DNA of 64,000 nucleotides from an uncultured Candidatus Saccharibacteria bacterium (lineage in GTDB: Bacteria; Patescibacteriota; Minisyncoccia; Phycocordibacterales; CAIZLB01), in NCBI GenBank assembly GCA_964450605.1, contig CAYVEK010000001.1:8430-72429 (forward strand), in the 5' to 3' direction. Position 1 is the first letter of the stretch. Every line of letters begins with the position of its first letter. Below are positions 59,122-64,000 of this stretch, in pieces. A model generated the notes under the pieces. The model was not told the origin of the DNA, searched no databases, and saw only the letters and a program-made list of their open reading frames with translations. The position numbers and the translations under genes are program-made.

Positions 59122-59166
59122 AAACCGCCGGGGTCCTTCATTGGATCCCCGGCGGGTTTTTTCGTT
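59122..59166 (+). terminator. intrinsic terminator of the island-3 gene
   Basis: CCGCCGGGG-tccttcattggat-CCCCGGCGG, 9-bp perfect stem, then GTTTTTTCGTTT. Confidence 0.65.
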
Positions 59167-59178
59167 TAGATTTTAAAT

Positions 59179-60564
59179 CTAGTTTATATAGATACCTACT
59201 GTCTGTGAGTTATCACTTTCATTTGATTCACTTACGTTGTTGTATGAATCGAGTTGTATTGAGAGTGTTTGATTTCCTCGTATAAGATCTGTCAGATCAA
59301 AATATACGATTTGTTCTCCACCTGCTTGTATAGGTCCGTTTGATGAAGAGAACTCTCGATATCCACTTCCGATATTTTGTACTCCAAGACGTGTGGTCCA
59401 TGAGTTGTTAAAATATCCTCCAGTGTTTCGAACTCGTACTCGCACAGAAACTCGTTCACCGTATGGTATAGAAGTACTCTGGTAAAATGATCCACCGATC
59501 ATTCGTCCAACTTCCACACTTGATATCATCAAGTTAGGGTTTCCGTTGTTATAGTCGTAGTTGTAAGAGTTTCCACAGTTATACCATCCGTAGATGTGAC
59601 TGTAACACTGGTTTTGATACGGATAGTAGTTGTTGTAGTTGTTATTATTGTATCCGTTACAGTATCTATTTCCGTATGAGTCTGTATAACATCCAGAATC
59701 GTATGGATAATTGTAGTTATTGTTATAGTTTGTATTTCGAATATTTCTTAGCTCAACATTTAACACGTTGTCAGATTCATTTGTTTCTCGTATAGAGTTT
59801 TCTGGATCTGCTTGTATCTGCACGACAGGTGTACCTCTTGAAGTATCTATTCCTGTAAATCGAGCTTCCGCTGTATATGAACTTTCACCTGGAATAGTTG
59901 AAAGATTTGTCATATTTTTAAGTCTGTCATTTGTATCTATGGCAGGCATTGTAACTCGAAGAGTCCATGGGCCCGTAGCTCCAGCTTCTTCATTTAAGAT
60001 TTTGAATCGAACAGACACTGTATCATTTGTATTAAATGTATTTGTCTGAACAAATTGACCTGTACTATCTATAATACCAACTGATGAAAGAGTTAGTTTT
60101 ATATTTTTACTTAGTGGTACATATGTCGGTGTAGTTGTTCTAGGTAAGACATAAGATGTGTAATCTGTCTCGTATACATACTTAACAGGGGTTACAGTTT
60201 TCTTTGTTGTTGTTTTTACAGTAGATGTGTTTACTTTATTTGGATTTGTTACCTGTGCGGGAGTGTTTACATATGTTGTATCTACATCATCTGCTTTTGT
60301 GTCAGTTGAGTTGTTAGAGTTATCTGGTTGAATAACAACACCATTCAAACCATTTGCAGTTGGTGCAACTGGCTGGGAAGTGGTTGTATCAGCAGACTTG
60401 TTTGCAGTTTTTTCGTCGGTTAAACCTCCGATAGAAACTGTTGCAGAGGCCAGGTTATTTATAGCTTTAGGTATAAGATTAAAAATCTTCATACTAATGA
60501 ATACCAAAAGTATAACCAAGATCAAAATAAGGCCTACTCGTAGAATTGTTCGTAAAATATTCAT
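59179..60564 (-). CDS. membrane-anchored surface protein with two CARDB-like domains and an Asn/Tyr-rich low-complexity linker
   Basis: N-terminal TM; two ...NESDN... domain ends (ETNESDNVLNVEL; ESNESDNSQTVGIYIN) typical of CARDB; N/Y-rich stretch NYNNNYNYPYDSGCY...NNNNYNNYYPYQNQCY. Confidence 0.55.
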   Translation of the reverse strand: MNILRTILRVGLILILVILLVFISMKIFNLIPKAINNLASATVSIGGLTDEKTANKSADTTTSQPVAPTANGLNGVVIQPDNSNNSTDTKADDVDTTYVNTPAQVTNPNKVNTSTVKTTTKKTVTPVKYVYETDYTSYVLPRTTTPTYVPLSKNIKLTLSSVGIIDSTGQFVQTNTFNTNDTVSVRFKILNEEAGATGPWTLRVTMPAIDTNDRLKNMTNLSTIPGESSYTAEARFTGIDTSRGTPVVQIQADPENSIRETNESDNVLNVELRNIRNTNYNNNYNYPYDSGCYTDSYGNRYCNGYNNNNYNNYYPYQNQCYSHIYGWYNCGNSYNYDYNNGNPNLMISSVEVGRMIGGSFYQSTSIPYGERVSVRVRVRNTGGYFNNSWTTRLGVQNIGSGYREFSSSNGPIQAGGEQIVYFDLTDLIRGNQTLSIQLDSYNNVSESNESDNSQTVGIYIN

Positions 60565-60643
60565 AATGCTTGTATTATATAGCTTTTTTAACTGTTTGTC
60601 AAGTTATACAAAGTGCTATAATACCCCCGTAGAAAAGACACCT

Positions 60644-61324
60644 ATGGCAACAGAAATATTCAGCGCTGACGAGAAAAAATTCATTAAAAAGCTTATAAAA
60701 TGGGGCTTAATTATTGTTGTAGCCATAGCCGTACTTTCTGGTCTGTCTCAGGTAATAAATGTCTATCAAACAGAAGGTTCTGCAGGGTTAAAAAGACTTG
60801 TTACAGACGGAGAAGACCTTGCAACGCTTCAAGCTGTAAATGGCGGTAAAAAGGTAGAGTCTATAGTAGGTATTCAGTCAAATACAGGAGAACTTCCATT
60901 GTCCATAGAAGTTCCATCACTAGGTATTCAATCAAATATACAATCACCAGTAGTTCAAACTGTAAAAGTGCTAGATGACGCTCTTAATAGAGGTCCTGTA
61001 TACTATCAAGGATCCGGAACACCGGGTGAAAGAAATATGCTTGTGTTTGGTCACAGTACCGGCTTTAGTATTGTTCGAAATAAAGCATATCAAGTATTTA
61101 ATAATATAAAGAAAGCTCAGGTGGGTTCATACATATATATAAGGACGACAAGCGGTGTTCATACATACAAAACGGTAAATGTACGTCGAGCCAGCAAGTA
61201 CAGTACGTGGGTTGATTTTAATAGCTCAAAACCTATGTTGACATTAGCCACATGTGATAGCTTTGGTAAGGCTTCCGACCGTTGGGTACTCGAGGCAGAG
61301 TATATAGGTTTTGAGAAACGATAA
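60644..61324 (+). CDS. sortase-family transpeptidase
   Basis: N-terminal TM; catalytic His (LVFGHSTG), TLxTC motif (LTLATCDS) and Arg (RWVLEAEY); start trimmed to ATG 60644. Confidence 0.7.
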   Translation: MATEIFSADEKKFIKKLIKWGLIIVVAIAVLSGLSQVINVYQTEGSAGLKRLVTDGEDLATLQAVNGGKKVESIVGIQSNTGELPLSIEVPSLGIQSNIQSPVVQTVKVLDDALNRGPVYYQGSGTPGERNMLVFGHSTGFSIVRNKAYQVFNNIKKAQVGSYIYIRTTSGVHTYKTVNVRRASKYSTWVDFNSSKPMLTLATCDSFGKASDRWVLEAEYIGFEKR

Positions 61325-61364
61325 GTTCTTGCCTTAAAATCCTTATCGTGCTATATTATTTCTC

Positions 61365-61670
61365 ATGTTAACAATACGACTACAGAGAGTTGGACGAAAG
61401 AACGACTCATCATACCGATTGGTTGTAATCAATTCAAAATATGCCGCAAAAAGTGGTAAGGCTATTGCAATACTTGGTTCAGCTGATTTTCGAAAAAAAG
61501 CTATTCTTGGAGAGTCTTTAAAGGCAGACAAGATAAAAGATTATATTTCTAAAGGGGCAACAGTTTCTGATACAGTGCACAACTTACTTGTTGATGCTGG
61601 TATCGTAAAAGGAAAAAAGATCAATGTTCTTCCTAAAAAAGCTCCTATCAAAAAAGAGCAGACAGCATAG
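61365..61670 (+). CDS. rpsP: 30S ribosomal protein S16
   Basis: MLTIRLQRVGRKNDSSYRLVV... classic S16. Confidence 0.9.
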   Translation: MLTIRLQRVGRKNDSSYRLVVINSKYAAKSGKAIAILGSADFRKKAILGESLKADKIKDYISKGATVSDTVHNLLVDAGIVKGKKINVLPKKAPIKKEQTA

Positions 61671-61697
61671 TTGCTTGTAATAAATATTTTGTAAAAA

Positions 61698-61733
61698 ACT
61701 TTATCCGGTTGCACTATCGGATAAAGTTTTTTA
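61698..61733 (+). terminator. intrinsic terminator after rpsP
   Basis: ACTTTATCCG-gttgcactat-CGGATAAAGT, 10-bp perfect stem, then TTTTTT. Confidence 0.5.
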
Positions 61734-61772
61734 CAATTAGAGTATTACAAATAAAAACACGAATAAACACAT

Positions 61773-62030
61773 ATGACACTAGAAGAAGCAGATGTAGCAT
61801 TTCTAACATTTATCATCAAGTCAATGGTTGACAATCAGGATGCAGTAAAAGTAACACGAACAGTAGATGAGATGGGTGTGCTTTTGAATCTTGTAGTTGA
61901 TAAGGCTGATATGGGAAAAGTGATTGGAAGAGATGGTTCAACAGCAAAAGCAATTCGAACTATACTTCGTGTGTTTGGTATGAAAAATAATGCACGAGTT
62001 AATCTAAAAATTAACGAGCCTGCAGAATAA
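61773..62030 (+). CDS. KH-domain RNA-binding protein (YlqC/UPF0109-like)
   Basis: 85 aa with KH GxxG-type core (MGKVIGRDGSTAKAIRTIL); typical neighbour of rpsP. Confidence 0.7.
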   Translation: MTLEEADVAFLTFIIKSMVDNQDAVKVTRTVDEMGVLLNLVVDKADMGKVIGRDGSTAKAIRTILRVFGMKNNARVNLKINEPAE

Positions 62031-62058
62031 AGTTATACACATATAACGTAAAATACTG

Positions 62059-62088
62059 TTGACATCACTGTTGGCATAAAAGTATACT
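62059..62088 (+). promoter_or_regulatory. candidate sigma70-type promoter upstream of mreB
   Basis: TTGACA (62059-64), 18-nt spacer, TATACT (62083-88). Confidence 0.4.
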
Positions 62089-62169
62089 ATAAATGTTCTT
62101 TGCGAACTCGAAAATATCCGCCAAAAAGCGGGTATTTTTGTTTGTGAATATGTGCTATATTCAAGTCAC

Positions 62170-63249
62170 ATGTTTCAAAAGATTTTTCAGAAATTCATAC
62201 AAAGCAGAAAGGGTGGAAAAGCTGGTCCCGGCATCGGTATTGATCTTGGTACAACAAACACACTCGTATATATAGAAGATAGGGGTGTGGTTATCGACGA
62301 ACCATCAGTTGTTGCTTTAAATCAAAAAACAAATCAGGTGGTTGCTGTAGGAAATCAGGCTAAGATTATGCTCGGTAAAACTCCCGGACACATAGCTGCA
62401 ATACGGCCGCTGGTTGACGGTGTTATCTCTGACTTTGAAGTTACTGAAGAGATGCTTGCATATATATTAAGAAAGACTATGGAAGTTCTTAAAGCATCTT
62501 CGATACCTCGTGTTGTTATTGGTGTACCATTTGGAGTTACAAACGTGGAACGACGAGCTGTTCGTGATGCAGCTGCAAGTGCTGGAGCTAAAGAAATATA
62601 TATCATCGAAGAACCTATGGCTGCCGCTGTTGGAGTAGGTCTTCCTATAAAAGAAGCGCGAGGGAGTATGATTGTTGATATTGGTGGAGGTACTACAGAT
62701 ATCGCCGTGATATCTCTTGGAGGAATAGTTCGGGGTAAAAACTTAAAAGTAGCAGGTGATAGATTTAATACTGATATTATTTCGTATATTAGAAATGAAT
62801 TTAAACTTTTGATAGGAGAAAAAACTGCTGAGCAGATAAAGATAGAACTATCAAATGTAATGCCTGGAAACCCTCCTGCAGAAGCTGCTGTGCGTGGTCG
62901 TGATCTTGTAACTGGTTTGCCTAAAGAAATATTTGTAACAGAAGAAGATATACATGACGCGATACATTTATCAGCCGACTCATTGTTTGAAGCTGTTAAA
63001 GAAGTTCTTGAGTCAACTCCACCAGAGATACTTGCAGATATTATGACAAATGGTATTTATCTATCTGGAGGAGGTGCTTTGATCAAGAATCTCGATGCCG
63101 CATTTACGGAATATTTAGGTATCAAGGTTAAGGTTGCTCACGACCCTCTAACGGCTGTTGCTCGAGGTGCTGGTATGATCGCTGGCGATATGGATACATA
63201 TCGTGATTTAATAATAGAAAATGAAGATGAACTTCCTATCAGGCGTTAA
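62170..63249 (+). CDS. mreB: rod shape-determining protein MreB
   Basis: Actin-fold motifs GIDLGTTNT, DIGGGTTD and overall MreB similarity; the track starts at 62152, MFQKIF start at 62170 preferred. Confidence 0.9.
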   Translation: MFQKIFQKFIQSRKGGKAGPGIGIDLGTTNTLVYIEDRGVVIDEPSVVALNQKTNQVVAVGNQAKIMLGKTPGHIAAIRPLVDGVISDFEVTEEMLAYILRKTMEVLKASSIPRVVIGVPFGVTNVERRAVRDAAASAGAKEIYIIEEPMAAAVGVGLPIKEARGSMIVDIGGGTTDIAVISLGGIVRGKNLKVAGDRFNTDIISYIRNEFKLLIGEKTAEQIKIELSNVMPGNPPAEAAVRGRDLVTGLPKEIFVTEEDIHDAIHLSADSLFEAVKEVLESTPPEILADIMTNGIYLSGGGALIKNLDAAFTEYLGIKVKVAHDPLTAVARGAGMIAGDMDTYRDLIIENEDELPIRR

Positions 63250-63400
63250 ATCAAAATCAGTCTTAGGGCGAAAGCTTTCGAATCGATATTTATCGAGAGA
63301 TGCTTTTACATCTACAAATAGAGCAGGCGGTAGAGGTGTTAGACGATTGGGAAGTGTGTTCAAGACACGAAGGAGTCTGTTCGAGGTGAAGTTTACGGTA

Positions 63401-64000
63401 ATGAAAGTATTGCTGCTAGTTTTTGTTTTTATTTTACTTATTTATACAATACCAACATTTCGATATATGATTCATGGTCAACTTGTCCAATACATGTTAA
63501 CCGATGATCAAAAGGCTGTGTATGCCGAAAAACGAGAAGGTGAGTTTTTTGTCGCTCCAAAGTATGGAGCAACCGATGCTTTTATTATGAAGGTTGATGA
63601 AGCTTCGGTTTATGAAGGTAATGATATAGTTTCTGATGCACTTGAAGATTATCCAGTCGGTTCTCTTGTGAAAGATGGTGATTCAGTATATATAAAACTA
63701 TTTTCTGATCCAGAGTTTAAAAATAACTTTTTTATAAAAGTTAAAGAAAAAACTCAAAAGTCTATTGTTGCAGAAACAGAAAATGCATCTTCTTCACCTG
63801 CCACTACAACGGAGGTGGTGCAAGTTGAGCACACATCTTTTCAGTCAACTGTGTTCACAGGATCTGGTTATGGAGAGTTGGTGGCAAAATTGCCTCCACA
63901 AGAAGGAAACATTAAAGAAGGAGATTTGGTGTACGTACAAACTACACAGGGCTTAAAACCTTTTGCGGTTGTGAGTCGTATAACTGATGAAAATTCATCA
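63401..64000 (+). CDS. putative MreC-like protein, 3'-partial (runs off the window end)
   Basis: Open frame from ATG 63401 to the window end (absent from the ORF track because it has no stop); N-terminal TM; position after mreB; weak MreC-like C-terminal motif (GDLVYVQTTQGLKPFAVV). Confidence 0.4.
   Translation, partial: MKVLLLVFVFILLIYTIPTFRYMIHGQLVQYMLTDDQKAVYAEKREGEFFVAPKYGATDAFIMKVDEASVYEGNDIVSDALEDYPVGSLVKDGDSVYIKLFSDPEFKNNFFIKVKEKTQKSIVAETENASSSPATTTEVVQVEHTSFQSTVFTGSGYGELVAKLPPQEGNIKEGDLVYVQTTQGLKPFAVVSRITDENSS

Noticed and set aside
60380-60643. N-terminal 88-codon extension of the sortase ORF (track start 60380)
   Set aside because: It overlaps the 5' end of the convergently arranged CARDB gene and precedes the sortase TM anchor. 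ATG 60644 (MATEIFSADEKK...) gives a canonical sortase.
62093-62275. 60-aa ORF 62093..62275 overlapping the mreB promoter, leader and 5' end
   Set aside because: It overlaps the MreB N-terminus out of frame and spans the leader hairpin. There is no support for it as a gene.

Overview
The window looks like a low-GC (about 38-42%), genetic-code-11 genome with the reduced character of Patescibacteria/CPR. This call is inferred from the gene content listed below and cannot be confirmed without database searches. Bases 1-8223 hold a canonical ribosomal-protein operon (L22, S3, L16, S17, L14, L24, L5, S14, S8, L6, L18, S5, L15, SecY, Adk, Map) with no L29 or L30 genes. The operon is cut off right after map by a 1311-aa surface protein (DUF2341-like, LamG-like, FN3 repeats, C-terminal peptidoglycan-binding-like domain). 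The rest carries housekeeping genes (miaA, tRNA-Leu(CAA), rplT-rpmI-infC, tyrS, thrS, tgt, dnaE, hisS, truB, pheST, lgt, gyrB, rpsP, mreB), a compact ComG/type-IV-pilus-like operon with two pseudopilins, a polysaccharide acylation/GT2 cluster, several large secreted or anchored proteins (PKD, CARDB), and a sortase. The most unusual features are three sharply bounded GC-rich (about 52-58%) single-gene islands at roughly 22.5-23.3 kb, 49.2-50.7 kb and 57.9-59.2 kb. Each has foreign-looking codon usage and its own GC-rich perfect-stem terminator. One of them encodes a radical-SAM (SPASM-like) enzyme with an N-terminal Cys4 ribbon, lying next to two paralogous small membrane proteins. Three candidate structured non-coding RNAs are also visible, the best supported being a minus-strand RNA with a near-consensus promoter and an intrinsic terminator in the tgt/dnaE convergent spacer. 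None of the family or RNA identities could be confirmed without database or covariance-model searches.
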